62,345 bases of DNA from NCBI GenBank assembly GCA_943359395.1, contig CALRHH010000005.1, forward strand, positions 1 to 62,345, in the 5' to 3' direction. A model generated the notes under the pieces. That model did not search any database. It was not told where the DNA came from and worked only from the letters and a program-made list of their open reading frames with translations. The position numbers and the translations under genes were made by a program. The stretch comes from Candidatus Nomurabacteria bacterium. Lineage in GTDB: Bacteria > Patescibacteriota > Minisyncoccia > Phycocordibacterales > UBA2100. Shown here piece by piece: positions 10,230-19,882 of this stretch (position 1 is the first letter of the stretch; each line of letters opens with the position of its first letter).

Positions 10230-11366
10230 ATGACCACCTACTCTGAGATTTATGACTACCTCCCCGCTTCGTGGGTCACGGCAGTGTTCCTCTTAGCGAC
10301 GATTGGAATAATTGGGGCGGTGTTTTTTTATACCGTATCGCCAGGAGCCAACGTCATGGTCAGTCTCAGGCTTTGTAGCATACGTTCTGATCAGATAGAG
10401 AGGATTGAATGCGCGTTTTCAGTTGTACGAAGTGAACTCGTACGGAAGGGCGTGACTTCTGGAATGAATGCATTCGTCATGGCGAATAAAATGTATCAGA
10501 ACAGGCTCGACGTAGATTGTCATGCTGCCGTACATAGGGTAGGCGACATGGCTTACTATGACTTGTTTAAGAATGATCCCGAATTCAGCCATTACGAGTT
10601 CCCCCGCGAGACCACGATGTGTGGAAGAGGCTTCTACCATGGGTTTTTTGAACACTTGATTCAGGATAACCCGCGACCCGAGTTCATCGTACATACATGC
10701 AATTACTTTAAAAGCGTCGAGCAGGAGTACCTACAAAAGGTCAGCTCTACATGTTTTCATGCTGCAGGTCACGGGTTGATTCGCGCGACCGCCGAGAAGG
10801 TGCCGCGCTCAAGTTGGGGGAATCCGACCTCCTTTGTTGATCCATCTTTGCGCAGTTGCGAGCTGATGATAGGTGTTACAGAATCTGAAAAGAGGCTTTG
10901 TCAGACGGGGGTGATGAGTATTTTTATTCAGATGAATAGGTATGAGAATTACGGTTTCTCAAAAAAGACGGCTTTCGAGACATGTGATTCGCTCGTGACT
11001 TCCCAGCGGGAGACTTGCTATCGAATGTCGTCCCTCATGGTTGCGCAATTCGAAGGTGACTATAAGCGCACCTGGTCAATCTGCAACCGTGCTGCACCCG
11101 CACTTCAGCGGGCATGTATCATCTATATTCCTATTGGGCTTTTTACGAACGGTGTCAATCCCATTTCATATCAAACTGCTCTTGATTTCTGTTCTGCGGT
11201 CGCAGCAACGAATGCTCAGTATGCGAGCCTCTGTTATGAACATTTGGGATACACGCTTACTTCCGAGTATGTTGAGCCATCTTATCGTCCAGACTGTGTC
11301 CTTTTCCCCACGCAGTACAGAGATTTTTGCATTTCACCGGACCCTGATTTCTCTACCACACGATGA
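10230..11366 (+). CDS. Membrane-anchored Cys/His-rich helical-repeat protein (subtype C)
   Basis: Motifs CHAAVHRVG, CGRGFYHGFFE, CFHAAGHG, CQTGVM. The start at ATG 10230 is uncertain. Confidence 0.8.
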   Translation: MTTYSEIYDYLPASWVTAVFLLATIGIIGAVFFYTVSPGANVMVSLRLCSIRSDQIERIECAFSVVRSELVRKGVTSGMNAFVMANKMYQNRLDVDCHAAVHRVGDMAYYDLFKNDPEFSHYEFPRETTMCGRGFYHGFFEHLIQDNPRPEFIVHTCNYFKSVEQEYLQKVSSTCFHAAGHGLIRATAEKVPRSSWGNPTSFVDPSLRSCELMIGVTESEKRLCQTGVMSIFIQMNRYENYGFSKKTAFETCDSLVTSQRETCYRMSSLMVAQFEGDYKRTWSICNRAAPALQRACIIYIPIGLFTNGVNPISYQTALDFCSAVAATNAQYASLCYEHLGYTLTSEYVEPSYRPDCVLFPTQYRDFCISPDPDFSTTR

Positions 11367-11773
11367 TAATGAGTACGTCACAAAACATTCGACGCTGGGT
11401 AATCATTTCTCTTCTCACGGGGGTCCTACTGGGAGGGGCGGGCATGCTTCTGCATACCTACCTCGGAGGTGAGGTCGCTATATTCGACGCACGCACCCAA
11501 AAAAATGTCACTGTAGTACTCACAGATACCGGGTTTGTGCCACAGAACATTCGTATACTGAAGGGAGCAACAGTAACGTTTTCTACTACGCGCGAAAGTG
11601 AATTTTGGCCAGCATCAAATCCTCATCCGTCCCACTTTTTACTTACGGGATTTGATCCAAAAGCACCTATTCCGTCGGGTGACACGTGGTCTTATACCTT
11701 TCGGGACGCCGGCGTGTGGGGATATCACGACCACGTGCGATCTTACTTCGTCGGGATTGTTTATGTTGAATAG
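11363..11773 (+). CDS. Membrane-anchored cupredoxin-fold protein
   Basis: TM helix, then GFVPQNIRILKGATVTF...WPASNPHPSH...WSYTF...WGYHDHV. Paralogue of the domain in 3086-4600. Confidence 0.8.
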   Translation: MIMSTSQNIRRWVIISLLTGVLLGGAGMLLHTYLGGEVAIFDARTQKNVTVVLTDTGFVPQNIRILKGATVTFSTTRESEFWPASNPHPSHFLLTGFDPKAPIPSGDTWSYTFRDAGVWGYHDHVRSYFVGIVYVE

Positions 11774-11794
11774 CGAAAGAAGCTTTATCAACGT

Positions 11795-13477
11795 TCACTT
11801 ATTTTCGATGTAATTCAACCTCCGCATTTCGCTAATCAATGCGTCTTGGGTAATATTGTTGAGAACGGACGAAAGTGGTTTGAAGTGATTGTGGAACTCG
11901 CGCATATCGGTATCTGTAGATGTGGCGAGGAGAGAAACTGCACCTAGTTGATGGAATAAAAAAAGTGAAGGTATTGCCATGTGTGTAAGAAATAGAGCGT
12001 CCGCAGTTACGTCAAAAGGTGCCCCACTTATTGCAGTTTCTAGATCGTGTGCATTGATGTATGCAATTTGACCAACAATGCCTTCAAGTCCTGCACTCCT
12101 CTGGTTGAAAATAAGCGCGGTTTCTAGTATCTCTTGTACGTATGGTTCCGGCAGGTGCTCACTACGAGCCGCGTGAATTGCTTCTGTCAAATACGCCTTC
12201 GCACTTACATCATCGGGTGTTCCGGTTAAGAGAACATGGTTGTTTGAATTATCAATCTCAGGATATTTCCTTGCTATCGACGCCACTCGAAGGGTTGCCT
12301 GCGCGTCCGATACGTCCTCGAGTAGGTGGGGGCATACGTAAAATGTAAATGGGTTTACCTTGATGTAGCTTAGCCCATATGTGTCACGTAAAAACTGAGG
12401 TACGGGACCGCTAGAGCCGGCTGTGGGTATGAAATACATATTGTCCAAGTTGGTAAGGAGTTGAAAGTTCACTTTTACGTTTCTGGCGGCAACTAGGCTG
12501 TACGGAGGAGGGAGCGACGAGAGACACGAGCTTTTGTTGAGGCGGACGGGTGCAAATATCTTGTCGTACGTGCTTGTCGCGGCAACCGCCCGCAGAATAG
12601 AATCAATATCTGCTCGCGTCACTTTCTGAGAGAGGGATTCGCGCTTAGTGTCGTCGTCAAACTGCGTCGCAAGCAGTAGCGGGAACGAGAGGAACGGGCA
12701 GAACCACGTCATTCCTGACAGACACCAGTCGCGCTCAATAGCCCGTTGTTTCTGAGTCGTCAGTGCGGAGGAAATAGATTGCAGCGACTCGATAGTTGAG
12801 GGTACTGTTGCCGTCCCGGCAAAACTTGGTATGCGGAGTGTTTTTTTTGAGAAAGTCTTGTACATGAAAGCGTCAAGGAGTTTCTTTGAGTCGTGCATTC
12901 CTGATTCGATAACGACGTCAAACAAGCCTCTGTACGAATGGAGGTCGTTCTCTGAGCCTGATGCAATGAACTGTTTCCGGGCAGTTTCTAGATTCGCTAA
13001 GGCGTAGAGGAAATCAATGGGGTATAGTGATGTTCTCACGAGCTGCGAATCACCGGTCTCGATTTGTTGCTGTGAACTTCCCGCAGGGTAGAGAACGGTG
13101 TCCATCAATTTAGAATCCAGAGACTCTTTTTGGCGTTGAGAGATTCTATCCATTGTTTTCGCAAGAAGTGTGGTATTTGCACGTAAGAACTTTGGATCCG
13201 TTCCTTCGAGGCCCAGAAGGGGCGAGCGTTCGGCAAGTGACTTGGCATAAGCGATTCGGAGCGCTCTTAGGGCAGTAATTCCAATAATGCGCTTGTCTCC
13301 AAGGTGAACTACGCCTTTATCGACAGAATAGGTCTGAGTCCCGACGCGCACTGACTCGGTGATCCCCTGTTTCCGTAATTCTCCTGTAAAGAAAAGATAT
13401 GCGTGCAGCAAAAAGGCGATATACACACAAATAAGGATGAGGGCGGTCAGTATGCTGTATTTGAGCGGATGTTTCAT
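11795..13477 (-). CDS. Hypothetical membrane-anchored protein, family X copy 1
   Basis: 560 aa with an N-terminal TM helix. AYAKSLAERSPLLGLEGTDP and RTSLYPIDFL are shared with the next two ORFs. Confidence 0.8.
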   Translation of the reverse strand: MKHPLKYSILTALILICVYIAFLLHAYLFFTGELRKQGITESVRVGTQTYSVDKGVVHLGDKRIIGITALRALRIAYAKSLAERSPLLGLEGTDPKFLRANTTLLAKTMDRISQRQKESLDSKLMDTVLYPAGSSQQQIETGDSQLVRTSLYPIDFLYALANLETARKQFIASGSENDLHSYRGLFDVVIESGMHDSKKLLDAFMYKTFSKKTLRIPSFAGTATVPSTIESLQSISSALTTQKQRAIERDWCLSGMTWFCPFLSFPLLLATQFDDDTKRESLSQKVTRADIDSILRAVAATSTYDKIFAPVRLNKSSCLSSLPPPYSLVAARNVKVNFQLLTNLDNMYFIPTAGSSGPVPQFLRDTYGLSYIKVNPFTFYVCPHLLEDVSDAQATLRVASIARKYPEIDNSNNHVLLTGTPDDVSAKAYLTEAIHAARSEHLPEPYVQEILETALIFNQRSAGLEGIVGQIAYINAHDLETAISGAPFDVTADALFLTHMAIPSLFLFHQLGAVSLLATSTDTDMREFHNHFKPLSSVLNNITQDALISEMRRLNYIENK

Positions 13478-15105
13478 TTTCCGAGATGTAAATTCCTGAA
13501 GAACGCAAGGTCTGCGCGGATGCGCTCGCGAATCTCTGGAGATTGATAGAGGTCAGAGTAGTATGTGTATGGCTGAGAGCTTTTCGGTAAAGTATTCGGT
13601 CGGAACTCAGCGTCGCTCTGCGTGTGAGGAATACGCAGCAGAGAAGAAAATCCGCTTTTCAGGTAAAACATATTTCTCGCACTGGTGTCGAAATCTACCC
13701 CTCGCTTAGAGATGGATTGATTTTGATCTTCAAATTCAACCATGGTACCTATATATTCAACAAGTCCAGCGGTTTGGTATGAAAAACCGAGAGAGAGCTC
13801 CGTCAACTCTCTGACAGCTTCTTCATTTTCCGCAGTATGAGGAAGGTGGAAGAGAAGAGTGTTGAGATATGCAACAGCGTCCCGTTCAGATACAAGTTCG
13901 GCTGAGGAAAGGCTCGTTTTTAAGGCGGCCACGGATCTGGCAACGTCTGATTGCAAGAGGGGAGAGAAGTCGTGCGTCTTAGCGAAGCGCGCCACGTGTA
14001 GAGTTGAAATAGCTGAAGCGAAATCGGATGAGGCTGCCGGGCATTCGTAATATGCGAGCGGGTCTGTTAGTACGTACTCCACCTCGTTTTCATAAAAGTA
14101 GTGGTAAAAGAACGATTCCGCGTACGGCTTGCTCTTCACCAGTATCAGATCACCCGTATACACGGGAGCGATGTATGTCCCCAGTATCGGAGCTCCATGA
14201 GGCATGAAGAAGAATACGCGGTATGCGCGTTCATCCACGCATGAACTCTCGGAGAGTTCGACGCCCGGTCCATCTTTGATGGGGAAGCCTGCCTCCCTGT
14301 ACAAACTCTCAGTCTCCACCGGGGCACCTTTATTTTTGATGGTATTTTGCGCCACAGGTGGTATGTGAGGAGTCGCAATATCTCGTGGATCACACGCCGA
14401 TGTCTTTCCGAGTATGCAAATAGCGCGATTTCGTCGCACATGTTCCACTTCCGCAATTCTGTCGCCGAAAGATGACAGTATTCGGATAGTCGCGGTACGG
14501 TCGATAATCTTGTTTACCGTCCCGTACGGAGGCGTATCACTCGGAACAGAAGTCAAAAACGCCATGCGAAATTGCCTTAAATCGCTGCGGTATGCTTGGG
14601 AGGTCTCTATGAGTAACGTCTCGTATCTCATCGCATCATTCGCATCTCCGCTCGATATGAAATCTTTGCGCGCCTGCTCCAGGAGAGCGGCGCTTTCAAG
14701 GAAGTGTATGGGATAGAGAGCCGTTCGCATGAGATATGCGTCAACCGTATTTTTTTGCGACTTAGCAAGCTGTCGTTGTTTCTCGTGCAATGCGCGGACC
14801 GCTTGCCGCAACCTTGCTGGATCAACTCCTGGCAACCCGAATAACGGTGCACGTTCGGCCATGGTTTTCTCGTACGCAAGTTTTTGAGCAGCGAGGGTGT
14901 GCCTATCGGAAACCTCTGCACCGTTTGCGGTAACCACTCCTCCGCTGACCTCGTAGCGGAGTCCGTCGATAGTTACAGTCGTTCTGACTCCCGCGGTGGC
15001 GAGAGCCCCGGAAAAATAGTCGTGCGTGTACGGTGATTCGTCAAGCGCGGAAATTGTCGCGAGTAGTGCGGCGCACAGTAGTAGCATGGTGACCAGTCGC
15101 TTCAT
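13474..15105 (-). CDS. Hypothetical exported/membrane-anchored protein, family X copy 2
   Basis: 543 aa with a signal-like N-terminus. Motifs AYEKTMAERAPLFGLPGVDP, RTALYPIHFL, QPYTYYS. Confidence 0.8.
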   Translation of the reverse strand: MKRLVTMLLLCAALLATISALDESPYTHDYFSGALATAGVRTTVTIDGLRYEVSGGVVTANGAEVSDRHTLAAQKLAYEKTMAERAPLFGLPGVDPARLRQAVRALHEKQRQLAKSQKNTVDAYLMRTALYPIHFLESAALLEQARKDFISSGDANDAMRYETLLIETSQAYRSDLRQFRMAFLTSVPSDTPPYGTVNKIIDRTATIRILSSFGDRIAEVEHVRRNRAICILGKTSACDPRDIATPHIPPVAQNTIKNKGAPVETESLYREAGFPIKDGPGVELSESSCVDERAYRVFFFMPHGAPILGTYIAPVYTGDLILVKSKPYAESFFYHYFYENEVEYVLTDPLAYYECPAASSDFASAISTLHVARFAKTHDFSPLLQSDVARSVAALKTSLSSAELVSERDAVAYLNTLLFHLPHTAENEEAVRELTELSLGFSYQTAGLVEYIGTMVEFEDQNQSISKRGVDFDTSARNMFYLKSGFSSLLRIPHTQSDAEFRPNTLPKSSQPYTYYSDLYQSPEIRERIRADLAFFRNLHLGK

Positions 15106-16688
15106 GGCATGCTTGACGGATGTTCTGCTAAGTGTATAGAGATATAATTGCGGATGTCCTCTAGTACTTTCCCCCTCGTCTTTTCATCGGGAAGATTCGA
15201 ATAGTATATATACGGTTTCTCTGAAGTTGGTATAGAGACTGAATCAAATAGAGAAATCTTACCAACAAAAGATGGGTTGCCCGCCGCAAAGAGCGATGCG
15301 AAGCCGCTTCGTGAGAAGAACAAATTGTATGTTCGCAAGTCGGCTCCGACGCCGCCTTTCATGAGACCCATATTGGTCTGTTCTATCCACGAGATGTCAC
15401 GGAGGGTTTGATCAAAACGACTCGAATGGTTCTGTGCGGAAAGAATGTACCGAATTCCGTCGGGGTCTCCTGCACGCGCTCGATTGTTGGCTATGCGGAC
15501 TGCTTCGGATTCGTAGTAGACGCGTGATGTCGGAGAAGCCTCCCGCATGACGTCTTCGGTAAACAAAATTGCGGACAAGTCTCGCGCCTCTTCCATGCAT
15601 TCATAGTGCAAGAGTGGAGGACTCAATACGAATCTAATGCCTCGGGATTGGAGATCGTGGTAGAACGGGATGTTTCCGTATGCGCTGATATCGATGAGAC
15701 GAATGTCCCCGATGTAGGCACCTCTACGGAACGGAGGCACATCTGATGCGAGATTCGGTACCATCACATGGTAAATCGGCGGATTAGGAAAGTCGGAAGC
15801 ACAAACACTCTGAGAAAGTACTATCAGCGGTGCTGGTAGTGGTTGGTCATCAATACCCATCTTTCTATACATTGATTGAATCGAAGATGCTGTTTGAATA
15901 GAATCGTTCGAGATTGTATTCGCGATCGGTTCGGGTAACGTAGGGAGTGAGAGGTTTTGTGGATTACAGTGGGACGTGTAGCCGCGAAGGCACGTTGTAC
16001 GAGCATCAAACACCCCCATCATCTTCTTCGCACCAGTCTCAAGGTTCTGCAAAGCTGAGAGTAAAGCCTCTTTGCTCACGAGTTTCCCCGCAGCCACGTA
16101 GGGTGGGATGGAGTCAGGAACAGCTCGGATAACGCCGCGGCGAAAGTTTTGTATACCGAGAATGTATGAAGTAAATTCTTTGCGTACCGCGTCATAATAT
16201 GCCTGCTCGTGTATCGCATCTGCCGTATTAACGAACGCTATTCGCGCGGCCTCTGCACTCGCCGCTTTGCGTAGGAAATCAAGCGGGTAGAGCGAGCTCC
16301 GTATCAGATCTGCGGACGCGGCATTTTTCTGAATGTCGGCCAGTTGGTTTGCGGTTCGTCGCAACTCATCCACTGCATAATTCAGATCCGAAGGTGATGT
16401 GCCTGGTAAGGCGAACAGGGGACTCCGTTCAGCAAGTGTGCGTGCATAGGTAAGTCGTAATGCTTCAAACGCGTCCGCGTCCGAGACAGGCCCTCCTTCG
16501 AACGTGACTTCCCCTGCACGAACAGTAAGTATGCGTTCGTGGACGGTCACATCTGCGGATACATTGTGTGTACGTAGCGCCTCAGAAAAGAACCGACTCG
16601 CAGCGGATTGAGTACGGCTAAGTGTAATGGAAATCAGCGTCAAGCAAATAAGGCCGACGAGGACGAAGGGTACCGCACGCCTGCGCAT
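15102..16688 (-). CDS. Hypothetical membrane-anchored protein, family X copy 3
   Basis: 528 aa. Motifs TYARTLAERSPLFALPGTSP, RSSLYPLDFL, KPYIYYS; ATGA coupling. Confidence 0.8.
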   Translation of the reverse strand: MRRRAVPFVLVGLICLTLISITLSRTQSAASRFFSEALRTHNVSADVTVHERILTVRAGEVTFEGGPVSDADAFEALRLTYARTLAERSPLFALPGTSPSDLNYAVDELRRTANQLADIQKNAASADLIRSSLYPLDFLRKAASAEAARIAFVNTADAIHEQAYYDAVRKEFTSYILGIQNFRRGVIRAVPDSIPPYVAAGKLVSKEALLSALQNLETGAKKMMGVFDARTTCLRGYTSHCNPQNLSLPTLPEPIANTISNDSIQTASSIQSMYRKMGIDDQPLPAPLIVLSQSVCASDFPNPPIYHVMVPNLASDVPPFRRGAYIGDIRLIDISAYGNIPFYHDLQSRGIRFVLSPPLLHYECMEEARDLSAILFTEDVMREASPTSRVYYESEAVRIANNRARAGDPDGIRYILSAQNHSSRFDQTLRDISWIEQTNMGLMKGGVGADLRTYNLFFSRSGFASLFAAGNPSFVGKISLFDSVSIPTSEKPYIYYSNLPDEKTRGKVLEDIRNYISIHLAEHPSSMP

Positions 16689-16695
16689 GAGGAGT

Positions 16696-16905
16696 TTAAA
16701 AGGTACCGCCGCAGCTTACGAAATATACTTTACCGTTCTGTGCTTGTGAGGTACATGCTGATGCAAGAGTGCCGGAAGCGGACTTGGTTGAGATGCTTTG
16801 AGGGTTGAGAAGCCTGACGACAAGAGAGGCCGCAATGGACGCGCATACGATGAATGCTGCTATTATTGAAGCAATTGCGGTGGGGGAAAGTCGGGAGCGT
16901 TCCAT
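16696..16905 (-). CDS. Small membrane-anchored peptide with C-terminal C-x13-C / FVSCGG motif (peptide 1)
   Basis: 69 aa: hydrophobic helix at ~10-31, ends ACTSQAQNGKVYFVSCGGTF. TATACT lies 7 nt upstream of the ATG. Confidence 0.85.
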   Translation of the reverse strand: MERSRLSPTAIASIIAAFIVCASIAASLVVRLLNPQSISTKSASGTLASACTSQAQNGKVYFVSCGGTF

Positions 16906-16912
16906 AGAGGTA

Positions 16913-16918
16913 AGTATA
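16913..16918 (-). promoter_or_regulatory. -10 box of the leaderless peptide 1 transcript
   Basis: Minus strand reads TATACT-TACCTCT-ATG. Confidence 0.55.
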
Positions 16919-16993
16919 TCGGCCGGTGTGAGGGTGTCAATATAGAGAGAGTGGGTATAATATCTTAAATTGGAAATATAAATATAGGTGCAT

Positions 16994-17218
16994 TTAGTAG
17001 ATTCCGCCGCAGCTTACGAAAATTACGCCATCGGACTCTTCTCGTGCAATGCATGAGAGTGTTTGAGGACCTCCAGCCATAACGCCGGTAGCTTCACTAT
17101 GGAAGAATTGGCTCAGAGTGACGATACCCCCGCCTTGGTACATTCCGATACCCGCAATGCCTAGGACAGTCCCGATTGCGAAGAACCCGACATAGCGTAG
17201 TTTCGAATATAACCTCAT
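16994..17218 (-). CDS. Small membrane-anchored peptide with C-terminal C-x13-C / FVSCGG motif (peptide 2)
   Basis: Start refined to ATG 17218 (74 aa, MRLYSKLRYVGFFAIGTVLGIAGIG...), ends SCIAREESDGVIFVSCGGIY. TATACT lies 7 nt upstream. Confidence 0.85.
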   Translation of the reverse strand: MRLYSKLRYVGFFAIGTVLGIAGIGMYQGGGIVTLSQFFHSEATGVMAGGPQTLSCIAREESDGVIFVSCGGIY

Positions 17219-17225
17219 TGCATAC

Positions 17226-17231
17226 AGTATA
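17226..17231 (-). promoter_or_regulatory. -10 box of the leaderless peptide 2 transcript
   Basis: Minus strand reads TATACT-GTATGCA-ATG. Confidence 0.55.
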
Positions 17232-17294
17232 CCGTATTGATTTTGACTGCACCATCTCCCCTTGTGGGTGCATAACCTAGACTTGGGTGCGGCG

Positions 17295-18554
17295 TTACTC
17301 TCGGTGAATACGCTTCGTTTTTGCGCTGACGGTCGGATGGAACGCTTCACAGGTTAGTTCAGCATAGCGCCCATCGGCAACTCCGTCTGCGTACGTCATT
17401 TCAGGGGATACTCGTATCAGCTTGGCTATACGTCTAGCCAGTTCATGGAGCGGGATTTCCCTCCGTAGCTCTACGCGAAGCAGTGGGGTGAGGAGTGGTC
17501 CGTTTCGACCTGCTTTTTCTGGGCAGTGAATTTCGAACCGGTCGGATACATCCTCTGGCATGGTTCGAAGCGCCCGCTCGATTTCATCTGCACGCAGGAG
17601 TCCTCCTGGAATCTTAAGAAAGTCCAACTCAGTGCGTCCAAGAACTGTGAAGGACCATAAGCCGTGAGGGCAATTCTCTTCAACTACTCGGACGGTATCG
17701 CCGATGCGAAAACGAACGAGGGGGAAGGCGGACGGTTCACCGGGGTATGCGGTGATAGCCAAATCACCCTCCGCATCCGACTTCGGTTCCACTAGGGCGC
17801 CCGTCTCAGGATCTACGAGCTCCAGGTAGTGAGTTTTTTTCTGGTGGTACACGGCGAGCGGTTCGTCTCCCGTCATTGGACGACACGGCATGCCAATGTG
17901 TGCGTCCTCGACCTCGCTCGAATTATACGATTGGATGATGGTGGCGTGGGGAAATGTCTCCCGCATATATTCGAATTGCGCTCGCGTACACATCTCACCC
18001 GTCACCTCAAGGAGACGTATTTTGTTCGCGCAGCCGAATCGCTTCATCTCCTCGCCTATTGCGGTGATATGAAAAATAAATACCGACATTCCATCTATCC
18101 CGGCGGCCTTTGCCAATTGGACAGACGCCGAGGGGTTCGCGGGGTCATACGCGATGATGCGGGGTAGGCAGCCATGCTCCTTTTGAAACATTGCGTGCCA
18201 GTGCGGCATCATCGGAGTCGTGAAAGCCATGAATGCGTTTTTGAAATTGTGGTAGTGGAGACGGTAATCCATTTCGCGGACGTGTGTACGGGGAGAGAAA
18301 AGAACTCCTTTCCCGCTCGTTCCCGAAGACACTCGCAGGTGGTCAACTTCTGAAAGCGGGATGAAACTCCGTTCTGCGAGTGATTTCGCCAATAGGTCGG
18401 CCTTGGTAAGGAAGGGAAGGGCGGACCATTCTTCTTTAGACTGAATGTGAAGTGGTGAATCTTCGGGACGCAGGCCGTATAGATTCCTGTAGAATTTGCT
18501 ACGCGCTTCTCCGGTCACGTACGTCACAATTTCGGCCGCATCTTTGAATTGCAT
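17295..18554 (-). CDS. PaaK/phenylacetate-CoA ligase-like adenylate-forming enzyme
   Basis: ANL motifs LPFLTK, SSGTSGK, YNSSEVE, PLVRFRIGD, GRTELDFLKIPGG and C-terminal KTKR. Start ATG 18554 has TAGTAT 7 nt upstream. Confidence 0.85.
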   Translation of the reverse strand: MQFKDAAEIVTYVTGEARSKFYRNLYGLRPEDSPLHIQSKEEWSALPFLTKADLLAKSLAERSFIPLSEVDHLRVSSGTSGKGVLFSPRTHVREMDYRLHYHNFKNAFMAFTTPMMPHWHAMFQKEHGCLPRIIAYDPANPSASVQLAKAAGIDGMSVFIFHITAIGEEMKRFGCANKIRLLEVTGEMCTRAQFEYMRETFPHATIIQSYNSSEVEDAHIGMPCRPMTGDEPLAVYHQKKTHYLELVDPETGALVEPKSDAEGDLAITAYPGEPSAFPLVRFRIGDTVRVVEENCPHGLWSFTVLGRTELDFLKIPGGLLRADEIERALRTMPEDVSDRFEIHCPEKAGRNGPLLTPLLRVELRREIPLHELARRIAKLIRVSPEMTYADGVADGRYAELTCEAFHPTVSAKTKRIHRE

Positions 18555-18607
18555 CACGAATATACTATCACGATCACAATCTGTACGGGTTTCCGATTCC
18601 TGCAGCA

Positions 18608-19882
18608 CTACGAACTATCGCGTATCATTCTTTTCCGTTTGCCGCGGTAGATAGGCTTATACGCGTCGCAGAAGATTGGAAGGTACATGCCACGTTCAAT
18701 TCCTTCTGCATACGTAAAAGCCGCTCCAACGCGAGTACATCGCTCAATTTCTCTGGCCAGCTTTTCAAAGTCGACCACGTTTGGAGCCTCAAGGAGGAGT
18801 GTAATGCCAATTTTTATAGCCCCCTCGTGTTCGACCTCCTTGAAATGAAGTTCAAACATGTCACTCACCCCCTCTCCGAGGTTGCGAAGTACACGCTCAA
18901 TCTCCTCCGCGCGCAGGATGCCCCCGGGGATTTTTATGAAATCCATTTCTACGCGTCCTGGCATGGTAAATGACCATGTACCGTGAGTGGGGCATGTGTC
19001 TTGGAATACGCGCGCCATATCTCCTGTTCTGTATCGAACTAATGGTGAAACAGCCTGTTTGGGAGGTCTTGTGGTGTCGGCAGTAATGACAATCTCCCCC
19101 TCGGTCTCGGGTTGTATTTTGAGCAATTCACGCGTGTCAGGATTAATCAGCTCGATGTAGTAGCCTTCGCGTGGGTGGTGCACTTCAAGTGGTTCTGCGT
19201 CTGATAGCGGGCGGCATGGGTAGGTGATGGGGGGATTCTCGACCTCGGTTGCTCCATAAAAAGATACGACAATTGCGTTGGGAAATATGCGTTTGGCATA
19301 ATTATACAGAGAGCGGGAACACGATTCGCCCGCGAGCTCGATAAATCGAATATCCGCTCCTATGCCGAGTCGCTCCGCTTCCGGGCCTATAAGAGCCAGG
19401 TGCCCGGTAAAGATGAAAAGAGAATCTACACCTGCGAGACGAGCAAGCTCTACCGAGGTTCGAGCTCGCCGAGGGTCGAACACGATGAGCTTTGGACTTA
19501 CGCTGTGTTGGTCAAGGAATTTCTCGTGCTGGTGATGAATTGGCATTGAGCAAAGCGCTGGCCGCGTAAAGGTATGGAATTTTGTCCGATATTCGTAACC
19601 GTCGAGTCGTACCCACGGGCTGAAATGCGGTGGTCTACCGGATGTTCCTGAAGATGCGTGGATTGAATTAATATCGCCCCACTCAATGAAAATCCGCTCC
19701 TCGATAGGGATGTTTTGCAGGATTGCTTTACTAATAAAGGGGAGAGATTGCCACGAGTTCCAGTCAGTAATGCGGAGCGGGCCAGAATGTGCATCTATCC
19801 CGTAGTGTCTCCTGTACAGTGGAGGAGTATCCTTTGCTGTTACTCGCTCCACGAGAGCTGAGAGGTCGTCAAAAGTACTCAT
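18608..19882 (-). CDS. PaaK/phenylacetate-CoA ligase-like adenylate-forming enzyme
   Basis: Motifs SSGTSGRP, YGATEVE, PLVRYRTGD, GRVEMDFIKIPGG, GKRKR. Start 19882 overlaps the upstream stop (ATGA). Confidence 0.85.
   Translation of the reverse strand: MSTFDDLSALVERVTAKDTPPLYRRHYGIDAHSGPLRITDWNSWQSLPFISKAILQNIPIEERIFIEWGDINSIHASSGTSGRPPHFSPWVRLDGYEYRTKFHTFTRPALCSMPIHHQHEKFLDQHSVSPKLIVFDPRRARTSVELARLAGVDSLFIFTGHLALIGPEAERLGIGADIRFIELAGESCSRSLYNYAKRIFPNAIVVSFYGATEVENPPITYPCRPLSDAEPLEVHHPREGYYIELINPDTRELLKIQPETEGEIVITADTTRPPKQAVSPLVRYRTGDMARVFQDTCPTHGTWSFTMPGRVEMDFIKIPGGILRAEEIERVLRNLGEGVSDMFELHFKEVEHEGAIKIGITLLLEAPNVVDFEKLAREIERCTRVGAAFTYAEGIERGMYLPIFCDAYKPIYRGKRKRMIRDSS

Noticed and set aside
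352-11366. Multiheme c-type cytochromes
   Set aside because: Cys-His pairs occur as CH or CxH, not CxxCH, and no heme-attachment genes are nearby.
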